64,000 bases of DNA from an uncultured delta proteobacterium (lineage in GTDB: Bacteria; Myxococcota_A; Polyangia; Polyangiales; JAFGIB01), in contig CAVZVA010000002.1 of assembly GCA_963778655.1 (NCBI GenBank), positions 32,001 to 96,000 on the forward strand, written 5' to 3'. This document shows positions 47,587-56,654 of the stretch, piece by piece. Under the pieces are notes generated by a model, which worked only from the letters and a program-made list of their open reading frames with translations, did no database searches and was not told the origin of the DNA. Made by a program: the position numbers and the translations under genes. How positions within the stretch are numbered: position 1 is the stretch's first letter; every line of letters starts with the position of its first letter.

Positions 47587-47691
47587 GAGGAAATTCTGAT
47601 CCTCGACGTGTTCTCGAAGAAGACGCGCGCCACGCCGGCCACCGTCATCAACGCTTGCAGAGCCCGCCTGAAGAAGTGGGACGAACCATAG
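47587..47691 (+). pseudogene. C-terminal remnant of a RelE/HigB (Gp49-like) toxin
   Basis: Manual translation EEILILDVFSKKTRATPATVINACRARLKKWDEP*, directly upstream of an XRE antitoxin. Confidence 0.75.
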
Positions 47692-47722
47692 TCACCTGTC
47701 GCAGTCTCAAGGAGCATTACCG

Positions 47723-48079
47723 ATGGACACCAAGAAGCTGAAGAAGCTCAAGGTAATGGGCGGCCGCGTCACCACCGTACAGGACTTCCTCGACCTGACC
47801 AATGAGGACATGGCCGTCATCGAGACGCGGCTTGCCCTCGCGAAGGCGATTCGTGAGCAGCGTGAGGAAGCCGGGCTCACCCGGGCCGCGTTGGCCAAGA
47901 GCCTCGGGTCGAGCCAAGCGCGTGTTGCCAAGATGGAGGGCGGTGACCCGCAGGCCAGTCTCGACTCGATGGTCCGTGCCCTGGCGGCCGTCAGCCGACG
48001 GGTGAAGCTCACCATCGAGACGCAGGGGCGAGTCAAGAAGGCGGTACGGACAGCAAGAGCCGAGTGGGTGCGCGCGTAG
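47723..48079 (+). CDS. XRE-family HTH antitoxin (HigA-like)
   Basis: GLTRAALAKSLGSSQARVAKMEGGDP.ASLD; AAGGAG RBS. Confidence 0.85.
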   Translation: MDTKKLKKLKVMGGRVTTVQDFLDLTNEDMAVIETRLALAKAIREQREEAGLTRAALAKSLGSSQARVAKMEGGDPQASLDSMVRALAAVSRRVKLTIETQGRVKKAVRTARAEWVRA

Positions 48080-48087
48080 GGCCACCG

Positions 48088-48420
48088 TCACGTAGGAACT
48101 TGATCGGCCTCCTCGATCTGCTGCTCGACCATCATGGCCTCGACTTCGGCGGCTGACACCACGGCCCAGGACTCCCCCGTCCATTGGTAGAGTCGGTTGC
48201 GGCCCTGGCGGACATGCCGAAACAAGCCGGCTTCTTCGAGCACGGCAAGATGATGCGACACCGTGGCGTGCGCCAAGTCCAGCGATGAGGCGATGTCGCT
48301 GGGGTACACGCCCACCACCGGGTGGATGCAGGTCCAGACCTCAAGGCTGGAGACGATCGTGGAAGACCGCAGGTTGTGTTGTGCACGGCGCAATCCGCGC
48401 TTTTCAACGATCGTCTCCAT
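48088..48420 (-). CDS. ArsR/SmtB-type winged HTH protein (5' end uncertain)
   Basis: SDIASSLDLAHATVSHHLAVLEEAGLF...RQGR...Y. Confidence 0.65.
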   Translation of the reverse strand: METIVEKRGLRRAQHNLRSSTIVSSLEVWTCIHPVVGVYPSDIASSLDLAHATVSHHLAVLEEAGLFRHVRQGRNRLYQWTGESWAVVSAAEVEAMMVEQQIEEADQVPT

Positions 48421-48494
48421 GTGGCCCATCAGGTTGGGGTCGCTGGCCGTACCCACGATGTCCGGCCGTGCCGCCGCCGCCGGCCGCCCCGGGT

Positions 48495-48818
48495 GTACTC
48501 GACAACCACTACCACGCCATCGTCACCGACCCCCGCGGCGAGCTGCCCGACTTCATGGGCTGGGTCGACCGCGAGATCACCCGGTGCATGAACCAGGTCT
48601 ACAAGCGCGCCGAGAACCTGTGGTCCGATGACAAGTACTCCTCCCTCGTGCTTTACGACCGCGAGGCCGTAATCGGCAAGTGCGTGTACGTCTTCACCAA
48701 CGTGGTCGAGGCCTTGATGGTGCGCCAGTACCGCGACTGGCACGGTGTCCGCTCGACCCCGGCCGACTGGCTCGCCGCGCCCACCACCGTCAAGCGACCG
48801 GAGGTGCACTTCAACGCA
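48495..48818 (+). pseudogene. Central fragment of a Y1/HUH transposase (RAYT-like)
   Basis: VLDNHYH (HUH), LPDFM, NLW...Y, Y...NVV.A (catalytic Tyr region), W.G. Both ends are missing. Confidence 0.8.
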
Positions 48819-49012
48819 ACCAGCGCTGGGCCCAGGTGCAGGTCCGCTGACCTCCGTCCTGCGCGCGCTCGCGCTTGCAGCATTGCACCGACACCGCACG
48901 CCATCGCCGCAGTTCGGCCTCCCACAACCCCAAACTCCACGCGCGCACCGCCCGCGGCAGCCGCTCCGCCCCTGGCCAGCGCCCGCGCGTCATCCTTCTC
49001 CGACCATCAACC

Positions 49013-49048
49013 CGGGACAGGGTCTCCCCGCGGGACAGGGTCTCCCCG
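49013..49048 (+). repeat. 18-bp tandem duplication (REP-like)
   Basis: CGGGACAGGGTCTCCCCG x2. Confidence 0.85.
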
Positions 49049-49129
49049 CGATATCCGGGCTCGCTCGGCCACGGCAACAATGCCGACGTGCCGATTCTGT
49101 CCGTACTACTCAGCCGGTGCGGAGAAGGG

Positions 49130-50131
49130 TCAGCCCTTCGTCGTCGTGGTCCCCGCGTCGCCGCGGCTCGCGCTCGGCGTGCCCCCGGTCCAGCGCTTGA
49201 AGGCGCGGTGGAACGACTCGACGTGCGCGAAGCCGAGCAGGAACGCGACCTCGGCGAGCGGGCGCTGCGACTCGCGCATGTAACTGAGCGCCAGCTCACG
49301 GCGCACGTCGTCGAGCTCTCTTCCGAAAGTGGTGCCGTCCTGTTCGAGCCTGCGGCTTAGTGTGCGGCGGCTCATGCGAAGCGCGGATGCGACGCGCGGC
49401 GCCGAGGCATCCCGGTGCTCGCGGATCTGCTGCTCGATCGCCCGCCGCACGCGCTGCCGCAGCCCGAACGTGCGCGAGACCTCGGCCATGACCGCGTCGA
49501 GCCGATCGCGCAGCAGGGCGTGGAGCATGGGATCGGCCGTGGGTTGCCGCAGGCAAGCGCGCGCGCCGTCGAACGCGAAGGCATAGAACGGCGCTTCGAA
49601 TTTCAGCACGGCGCCGTCGAAGATCTCCTCGTAGGCGCGCATGTCGCGCGGCTTGGCGTAGGGAAACCAGCACTCCACGGGCGATGCGACTCTCGAGCCC
49701 TCGCAGACGTGGTGCCTGTAGGTCGTGGTCATCGCGAGATCGGCGACCGGCCTGGGCCACGAGTTCTCGTCCACAAGTCGCACCAGCGCGCGTCCGTGCC
49801 AGGTCTCGAAGAAGACGCGGTAGCCGTCCGCGTGCAGCACGCTGTAGCGGGCGGCCGCCTCGGCTGCTTCGCGCACCGTTGGCGCGGAGCGCACCAGGTA
49901 ATCGTAGCTGCCCATCTCGCCGAGCCGCACGCTGCGGCCCAGCTTCAGCCCGAGCTGCTCGTCGCCCATGCGCTCGACCGCGCGCTCGAAGCTGCTGTGC
50001 ACGGCGTCGACCGGGATGCGGTCATCGGGGTCGGCCGCCCTCCATTCGCTCGGCACCAGGTCCCGATTGCCCTGGGCTCCAGCCACCCTGAGCAAGGGAC
50101 GCAACAGGCGAGCCGAGCACAGCGCACGCAT
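49130..50131 (-). CDS. AraC family regulator (Arabinose_bd_2/OruR-VirS type)
   Basis: DPDDRIP, LGLKLG, SAPTVREA, MSRRTLSRRL..GTTF, LGF....SFHRAFKRWTG. Confidence 0.9.
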   Translation of the reverse strand: MRALCSARLLRPLLRVAGAQGNRDLVPSEWRAADPDDRIPVDAVHSSFERAVERMGDEQLGLKLGRSVRLGEMGSYDYLVRSAPTVREAAEAAARYSVLHADGYRVFFETWHGRALVRLVDENSWPRPVADLAMTTTYRHHVCEGSRVASPVECWFPYAKPRDMRAYEEIFDGAVLKFEAPFYAFAFDGARACLRQPTADPMLHALLRDRLDAVMAEVSRTFGLRQRVRRAIEQQIREHRDASAPRVASALRMSRRTLSRRLEQDGTTFGRELDDVRRELALSYMRESQRPLAEVAFLLGFAHVESFHRAFKRWTGGTPSASRGDAGTTTTKG

Positions 50132-50403
50132 CACCACCAACCTAGGGGCAGCATGGACCACCCCACCCGCGCCCGCCAGGGGGCGGGCTAGGTCGGCGGG
50201 CGCCAATTTGCAAAAAATAGCTAGTCGATCTGGCCTCCAGCGCTAGGGTCCGCCCTTTTCGTCATCCCTGACCTGAGCTACGGCCGGCAATTGTGTGGGA
50301 AGCAGTTGAGAACCCGGCCGCCAAAGCGCGCCTGGGACCGGCGTTTGTGCACCCCTGTGTCCGCCGTCCATCCGCACCCACGACGCGAAGGAGACGGTTC
50401 GAC

Positions 50404-51462
50404 ATGGCTTTCAAAAGGTTCGTGATGATGGTTGGCGGCTTCGCAGCGCTCGGCCTGTGCGCAGCCGGCTGCAGCTCCAATAATGGAGGGGGCGGCGGTG
50501 GCGGCACGGGCGGCACACCGGGCTTGACGGGCACCGGCACCGGGGGAACGACGGGCCCGGGAAACGCGACCATGCAGACCGGCGGCGTGGGAGGCGGCGC
50601 CGTCGGCACCGGCAGTGGCGGCACCGGCAGCGGGGTGGCGGGCGCTGCGGGCTCGGGCTCAAGCATGGGCACCGGCATGATGAGCACCGGCGGTACGGGC
50701 ATGATGAGCACCGGCGGTACGGGCGCGATGGCCATGGGTACCGGCGGGATGGGTACCGGCGGGATGGGTACCGCGGGCATGGGCACTGCCGGGATGGCCG
50801 AGCCCACGGGTCCGACCATGCCGTGCCTGACGCAGGGCGTCGACCTGCTGCTGATCGGCGATTCCTACATCGACGCGCCGACCTATCTCACACCCGCGCT
50901 CGAAGCCAAGGCGTCCGCGGACGGCCAGCTCCCCGCGGGCCAGCACTACAACGTCCAGGCGGTCGCAGGCACGGTCAGCTCGCAGATTCAGAACCAGTGG
51001 CTCGCCAACAAGAGCCCGGCGCCCAAGTTCGTGGTGATGGACGGCGGCGGCAACGACGTGCTGCTCGGCGCGCCGCAATGCATCGCCGCCTCGGGCGACG
51101 ACCCCGTCTGCCAAGGCGTGGCCGACATGGCCAATGCCACCATCAAGAGCATCTGGGACGACATGAAAGCGAGCGGGGTCAAGGGCGTCATCTACTTCTA
51201 CTACCCGCACACGCCCATCTCCGCCGGCGGCACGCTGGTCGACTACGGTGGCCCCAAGGCCCAGGCGAACTGCGACGCCGAGAACGACGACAACTTCCAG
51301 TGCGTATTCGTCTCCACGTCTCCGGCGCTCGACGACATGGGTTACTACCTAGACAACGTTCACCCAACTGCCAACGGCGGGCCCGACGTGCTTGCGGGCC
51401 TGGTCTGGGACGCGATGAAGCAGAGCTGCATCGGCCAGACCAGCGGCTGCTGTGCGCCGTAG
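50404..51462 (+). CDS. SGNH/GDSL hydrolase lipoprotein with Gly/Thr/Met-rich linker
   Basis: Lipobox AAGC; LLIGDSY, GGGND and DNVHP catalytic blocks. Confidence 0.88.
   Translation: MAFKRFVMMVGGFAALGLCAAGCSSNNGGGGGGGTGGTPGLTGTGTGGTTGPGNATMQTGGVGGGAVGTGSGGTGSGVAGAAGSGSSMGTGMMSTGGTGMMSTGGTGAMAMGTGGMGTGGMGTAGMGTAGMAEPTGPTMPCLTQGVDLLLIGDSYIDAPTYLTPALEAKASADGQLPAGQHYNVQAVAGTVSSQIQNQWLANKSPAPKFVVMDGGGNDVLLGAPQCIAASGDDPVCQGVADMANATIKSIWDDMKASGVKGVIYFYYPHTPISAGGTLVDYGGPKAQANCDAENDDNFQCVFVSTSPALDDMGYYLDNVHPTANGGPDVLAGLVWDAMKQSCIGQTSGCCAP
50674..50796 (+). repeat. Coding tandem repeats in the SGNH linker
   Basis: 24-bp GGCATGATGAGCACCGGCGGTACG x2, then about four 15-bp units encoding MGT(G/A)G. Confidence 0.8.
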
Positions 51463-51604
51463 ACGATGTTCCTTGGAAGTAGCTTCCTGGTAGCAAACCC
51501 AACGTTCAACGATACGCAATATCCCTAATACCCACCACACCCACCAGCCCGGCGGAGCCCGTGGCTGACCGAAATGGGCTCCGCCGGGCCCTCTATCCGA
51601 ACGC

Positions 51605-52744
51605 ATGACTGTCTCCGGGAGCATCGCCGCGCGCGGCCAGAAGCGACCGGAGCGACGTGTCTCCATCCGACTGCTCTGGCCGTTTGCCCGGCTGGCGGGT
51701 GGAAGCGAGGAGGAGATGAGCATCCTCGCGTGCGAGGGCATCGGGCTGGCCCAGCTCGCCGATCCCGACCAGCGGCTGCGCCACGACGTGGCAATGGAGT
51801 TGCTGGAGCGCGCAGTGCAGCGGACGCGCGATCCCGCGCTCGGCCTGCACGCCGCGGAGAGGCTGGAGCCCACCGATCTCGACGTGGTCGAGCAGGTCAC
51901 CCGCACCTGCACCACGCTGCGTCAGGCGATCGCCTGCTTCATGCGCTTCGCATATCTGCTCAGCGCGACCGCCGACGTCACGCTGGAGGAGAGCCGAACG
52001 CTGGCACGTGTGGCCTGGCCGGCCGCCGACGACGTGCGCCAGACGCCCGCGGCCAACGACTTCCAGACGGCCGGCACGCTCGCGCTGTGGCGCCGCGACA
52101 CCGGCGTGCAGCAGCTCGCCACCGAGATCCACCTGGAGCACGACGAACCAACCGACGCCGCGGAGTATGCGCGCGTCTTCGCCGCGCCCGTGCGCTTGCG
52201 CATGCTGGAAAACGCGCTGGTGCTGCCGCGCGCGGCGCTCGATCTGCCCATGCTGCATGCCAACCGTGCGTTGCACGCGGCCTTCGAGCTGCGCGCCGAC
52301 GTGCTGCTCTCCCGCTTGCGGGAGGACGTGTACGCGGCGGCGCGCGTGCGCGGAATCGTGCTCGGCCAGCTGTGCGGCGGCGACACCAGCATGGATGCCG
52401 TCGCGCGCAAGATGGTGATGAGCGCTGCGACCTTGCGCCGGCGCCTGGAGGACGAGGGCACCACCTACCGGCAGATCCTCGAGACGGCGCGCCAGCAGCT
52501 CGCGATGCGCTATCTGTGCGACCGCCAGATGCCGACCAGCGAGGTCGCCCTGATGCTGGGCTTCTCGCACGTCACGGCGTTGCACAAGGCGTTCAAGCGC
52601 TGGAGCGGCGGCCTGACCCCGGCCCAGTTCCGCGCGCGCAACGCCGCGACTGGCGGGCGCGGAGCGGCCCCGGGGCCCGCGGCCGAGGACCCATGCCTGC
52701 GCGGACCGGCACGTACGGACCGTATTGATATGAGAGTCTCCTAG
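51605..52744 (+). CDS. AraC family regulator (Arabinose_bd_2/OruR-VirS type)
   Basis: DPDQRL, DPALGL, MSAATLRRRL..EGTTY, LGFS......KAFKRW. Confidence 0.9.
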   Translation: MTVSGSIAARGQKRPERRVSIRLLWPFARLAGGSEEEMSILACEGIGLAQLADPDQRLRHDVAMELLERAVQRTRDPALGLHAAERLEPTDLDVVEQVTRTCTTLRQAIACFMRFAYLLSATADVTLEESRTLARVAWPAADDVRQTPAANDFQTAGTLALWRRDTGVQQLATEIHLEHDEPTDAAEYARVFAAPVRLRMLENALVLPRAALDLPMLHANRALHAAFELRADVLLSRLREDVYAAARVRGIVLGQLCGGDTSMDAVARKMVMSAATLRRRLEDEGTTYRQILETARQQLAMRYLCDRQMPTSEVALMLGFSHVTALHKAFKRWSGGLTPAQFRARNAATGGRGAAPGPAAEDPCLRGPARTDRIDMRVS

Positions 52745-53122
52745 CTACCCAAATAGCTCCGTCGCGAGGCCGCTTGTGTACCGTGAGATTGACAACCGAC
52801 GGGCACCGCCGATGCTTCGAGTTCCTGGTCCAAACGCAGCTCCGACAGGCACGAAGGTGGGCTGTCGCCTCACCGCGGCTCGCGTCACGTTCTGCCGCCG
52901 GGGGGGTAGGCGCTGCTTCGCAGTCAAGAGAATATGCCAACTCGCCTGCAACAGCGCCGCGCTCGAATCGGCTCTTCATCTCGACTATCCGCGTCCTGAA
53001 CCGCGGCGCCCGTGCCGTCGCGAGCCCTCTGGACGACTCCTTCGCGTTCGCCGCGCGCACCACCGCGCGCGGCGACTCCGCAGCCCACGGCGGCGCCAGC
53101 GCACGGGGCCTGGCTCGCGCGC

Positions 53123-53689
53123 TCAAGCACACACCGGGCGCAGCTCGGCGGCCAGCGCCGGCGGCAGCTCGCCGAGGAAGCCCTCAGCGTCGGCGCGGGG
53201 CAGCGCCGGCAGCATCCAGCCCAGCATCGCCCGTTGATCGGCAGGTGCCGTGCGCGCGACGGCTTGCTTGCCCAGCTCGAGCAGCGCTTGCACTGACAGC
53301 GCTGCGCGGATCTGCGGCTCCAGCTCGACCTCCTCTTCGTGCAGGTGCTCAAGGTAGAGCGCGGTGAGCCGGCAGCTCGCGTGGTAGAGCGCCGCGGCCG
53401 GCGCGCCATCGAGCTGCGAACGCAGCGACGCCAGCGCGACGTGGATGTCGGCGTGCGCGGCCCGCATGCGCGCGTGCACGGCGGGCGCATGCTGCTGCAG
53501 CAGCGGCAAGAGCAACGCGTCCTCGTTGTCGCCGTGGTGGTCGATGAAGTGCAGCGTGTCGCGCAGCTGCTCGCGCGCCGCTTGCAAGCTCGGCTCGCCG
53601 TCGCGCGCGCGACCGAGCGTGCCGCAAGTCGAAAACAGCGCCCTGCGGATTCCCTTGTGGACGTTGCTAAAGATGTCGGGTGTGGTCAT
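53123..53689 (-). CDS. Hemerythrin-domain protein
   Basis: DIFSNVHKGIR, H...ED..L.P, H and HLHEEE motifs; GGAGG RBS before ATG 53689. Confidence 0.85.
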   Translation of the reverse strand: MTTPDIFSNVHKGIRRALFSTCGTLGRARDGEPSLQAAREQLRDTLHFIDHHGDNEDALLLPLLQQHAPAVHARMRAAHADIHVALASLRSQLDGAPAAALYHASCRLTALYLEHLHEEEVELEPQIRAALSVQALLELGKQAVARTAPADQRAMLGWMLPALPRADAEGFLGELPPALAAELRPVCA

Positions 53690-53740
53690 GTTGGTCTCGT
53701 AACCTCCACTGCCAACATGCGCCCTCGCGCGGGCGGGCGA

Positions 53741-53756
53741 TTGTACGAATCCGACA
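53741..53756 (-). promoter_or_regulatory. Candidate AraC-type operator upstream of the hemerythrin gene
   Basis: TGTCGGATTCGTACAA between the AraC stop and the hemerythrin start; resembles a motif I recall downstream of this AraC subfamily (inference). Confidence 0.35.
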
Positions 53757-53774
53757 TTGTCGCGCGGCGGGCGG

Positions 53775-54146
53775 TCAGAACACGGCCGCGTCGGAGCCGC
53801 CTGCGAGCCTGCCCGGCGAGGTGCCGGCGAAGCGCGTGAACTCGCGGATGAAGTGTGGCTGGTCGTAGTAGCCCGCCAGCTGTGCGACCTGGGCCAGCGG
53901 GCCACCGGCTTGCATGCGCTCGACCGCACGCTCGACGCGGCGCAGGCTGGCGTAGCGCTTGGGCAACAGCCCCACGCGGGCCAGCATGCGACGCTCGAGC
54001 TGACGCTCGCCGATGCCGAGCGTGTGCGCGGCGGCCGCCACGCGTGTATCGGCGTCGCCGCCGGCGTCGAGCAGCTGCAACGCACGCCCGACCAGGCCGT
54101 CGTGCGCGTAAGGCAGGCTGCGCAGCAGCTGCTGCAGGACGTCCAC
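53775..54146 (-). pseudogene. C-terminal (HTH) half of an AraC regulator
   Basis: GERQLERR....VGL.PK.Y..L.R and AGYYDQPHFIREF..FAG.SP. The N-terminal domain is replaced by RHS sequence. Confidence 0.8.
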
Positions 54147-55250
54147 TCGCGCTCCGACAGCCGCACCTCGGTCAGGTGCTGCTCGTGCTCCAGCGTGATC
54201 GTGCACGGAAAGTTGAACCCGTACGGCGTATCCGGGTACGTCACGAACCACTCGCTCCCCGGCGCACGGTTGTGCTGCAGCGAGCCCTGCTTCACGTCCA
54301 ACCGCCAACCGTAGCCGAAGTCCTGCTTGTTCTTGTCCCGGCTGTCGTAGCTGCGCACCACCGTGATCGGGATCCCCGCCATCGGCACCGCCATGTCCAC
54401 AAACGACAGCTGAACCACCCCGACCTTGGCCTGGCCTTCCACCCGCACCGGGATCGCCACCTGGCTGGACTGGCCGTTGACGTCGTGCGCCGTCAGCCTC
54501 AGCTCGTAGTAGCCGTCGCGCAGCAACGTCGCGTCCAGCGTGCCCAGCGCGCCGTCTTGCACGCTCTGGTAGCCCTGGGCGACCTGCGTCCAGCTGCTCT
54601 CTCCGATGCGCCGCTGCTCCAGCGTGTAGCCCATCAGGTTGGGGTCGCTCGCTGTGCCCACGATGGCCTGCAGGTAGGTCGCCTCCGCGTCCTTGGCCGG
54701 AGTGCTGATCGCCACCACCGGCGGCGTCGTGTCCCCGGCGTCCTGCACCCCCACCAGCAGCGTCTTGGTCGAGACGTTGCCGCTGGCGTCGACCGCCGTC
54801 ACCACCACCGTGTGCACGCCCGGGCTGCTGCTGCTGAAGTCCAGCTGCCCGTTTTCGTCGAGCTGCGCCGGCGCGCCGTCGATCGTCACCTCGAGGCTGC
54901 TCACGCCGACCTCGTCGCTGGCAAGCGCAGTCAGAGTCAGCGTGCCCCCGGGCACGATCGTCTCCTGGTCCACGTTGACGTCCAGCACCGGCGGCGCTGC
55001 TGTCCTCGGTGACCTCCACCGTGAAGCTCTGCGTGTCCTGCAGCCCGCCGCTGTCGGTCACCTGCACCGTCACCGCGTAGCTCCCGAGCGCATCCGGCTG
55101 CCATTGGATCACGCCCGTGACCATGCCGATGGTCATGCCCTGTGGCCAGTCGAGCAGCGTGTAGCTCAGCACCTCGCGCGTTCCGAGGTCGGCCGCGTCC
55201 ACGTCGTAGCGGTAGTGACCGTGGATTACCGCGTGCGTCGGCGCATGACT
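54147..55250 (-). pseudogene. Internal fragment of a large Ig-repeat/RHS protein, frameshifted near 54990
   Basis: He_PIG-like YRYDVDA...P.GMTI...TG.I.W.P; Ig-like DTTPP.V.I..P; pre-RHS GIPITVVRSYDSR....DFGYGW. Confidence 0.8.
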
Positions 55251-55275
55251 ATGGCTCCTCTACGTTGCTACAGCG

Positions 55276-55692
55276 CTAGCGCATCAGGACACGAAAGCCG
55301 GCCTGACGGAAGTGCTTGTCAGGCGTCGCGGCCTCCGTGCAATGGTGATCGGCCATGATCTCCATGCTGAGACAGTCGGTCAGACTCCATTCTTTGTCGA
55401 GGTGCGCCCCGTATCGGGTCTCGGCACGGGCGAGCAACTTCACGTCGATGGGTACGACGGTCCAGCCGCGCGCGCCTCGGATCTTTTGCAGTGCGCCGTG
55501 CGCGATGCCGCGCAATGGGCTGTGGGCAAAGAAGTTCGCAAGCTCGATCAACACCGCGTCGCTCGTCAGCAGCGCCCGATTCTTCTTCTCCCAGCGACTG
55601 GCGAGCGACAGCGCCTGGTCGTGCAAGGCGTCACGCCGATTTAGCAGCGCGACGAAGTAGCCGGTGTCGACGAGGATCGGCGCATCAGCCAT
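55276..55692 (-). CDS. vapC: PIN-domain (VapC-like) toxin
   Basis: LVDTG.F.A, VL.E, SLTDC.S and T.D.HF.QAGF; acidic catalytic residues present. Confidence 0.9.
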   Translation of the reverse strand: MADAPILVDTGYFVALLNRRDALHDQALSLASRWEKKNRALLTSDAVLIELANFFAHSPLRGIAHGALQKIRGARGWTVVPIDVKLLARAETRYGAHLDKEWSLTDCLSMEIMADHHCTEAATPDKHFRQAGFRVLMR

Positions 55693-55900
55693 CGCTCGAC
55701 CCGTACAGGTATTCATCGATATTGCGGCTTCCGTCGCGTCGCTCGTCTTCTCCGCTGCTCTCGGCGAGGTGCAGCAGCAGTCCCGCTCCGCCCGGCGGGT
55801 CGACACCTTCACCGAGTGCGTCGACGTCCTTCACGACGCGGTGAATCTTCACCTCGACGGCACTTCCGGGTTCGACGTGAACCGCAGCCGCAGGCACGGA
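55685..55900 (-). CDS. Probable antitoxin of the PIN toxin (start uncertain)
   Basis: Ends D.SRNIDEYLYG, a tail typical of PIN partners; overlaps the toxin start by 8 nt. Confidence 0.55.
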   Translation of the reverse strand, partial: SVPAAAVHVEPGSAVEVKIHRVVKDVDALGEGVDPPGGAGLLLHLAESSGEDERRDGSRNIDEYLYGSSDG

Positions 55901-56223
55901 AAACTCGTTGGCGGACGTCAGCTGCGACCACAAGTGATGCCATCGACCGCCGCTGGCGAGGCGGATCGAATACAGGATCAAAAGGCTGTCGGCCTGTCGC
56001 GCCAGGCGCAACCGCTGCTGCACGTCGACGGGCAACGCGATCTGCCGATTCTTGGTCCGTTGGACCGTCGCTTTGAATTGCGCGAGCACGTTGGACAGAT
56101 GATTTGCCACACCCTGACGATGAACTCGAGCGGTCCTCTAGTCAAGTCTCGGCGAGACTGGACAATGACAGGCGAGCGCGTCGGCACGCGCCATCGCGCA
56201 GCGTATTCGCGCGCGCGATGACT

Positions 56224-56370
56224 CTAGCGAAGGCGTTTGCGAAGCAAGCGCGGTGCGCCCGCGAGACGGGGCCCGGTGGCCTCGTAGTTTCTTCGAAGAT
56301 AGAAGTCTTCGGCGTTCGGGCTCGCTTCCAGCCTCACCTCCGCGACCCATCGCTTGCCGAGCTCGACCAC
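56224..56370 (-). pseudogene. C-terminal GNAT acetyltransferase fragment
   Basis: VRLEASPNAEDFYLRRNY matches the GNAT L.AS.NA..FY...G(F/Y) motif. Confidence 0.6.
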
Positions 56371-56438
56371 CTCCCGGGTCTCCGTCCGTGATTGAATTTG
56401 GACGCAACTGGCGCCGTCCCCGTCCGATGACGGCGGGC

Positions 56439-56575
56439 ATGACGCAGCCACGGATGTGCCTGCCGGGGACGACGTACCTGGTCACCCAGACGGTTCACAA
56501 TCGCCAGTTCTTGCTGACCCCGAGCCCGGTCGTCAATCAGGTCGCGCTCTACTGCGCCTTCCCCGCCGCCAAAGT
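56439..56575 (+). pseudogene. N-terminal fragment of a RAYT-like Y1 transposase, interrupted by IS66
   Basis: MTQPRMCLPGTTYLVTQTVHNRQFLLTPSPVVNQVALYC...AAK; ends at the IS66 terminus. Confidence 0.8.
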
Positions 56576-56654
56576 GTATCCGCTTCACCGACGCGTGTAG
56601 CGACCGTCGGGGTGCGAGGCCACGCTGTGGTCCGTGACTACGACTGGCGCGACC

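Noticed and set aside
47220..49048. Short repeats as a possible CRISPR array
   Set aside because: Only two units each, no regular unique spacers and no cas genes.
53123..54988. 621-aa ORF suggesting an Ig/RHS-hemerythrin fusion protein
   Set aside because: The middle section is an out-of-frame read-through of the AraC remnant, and hemerythrin has its own RBS and ATG at 53689. It is an accidental open frame in GC-rich DNA.
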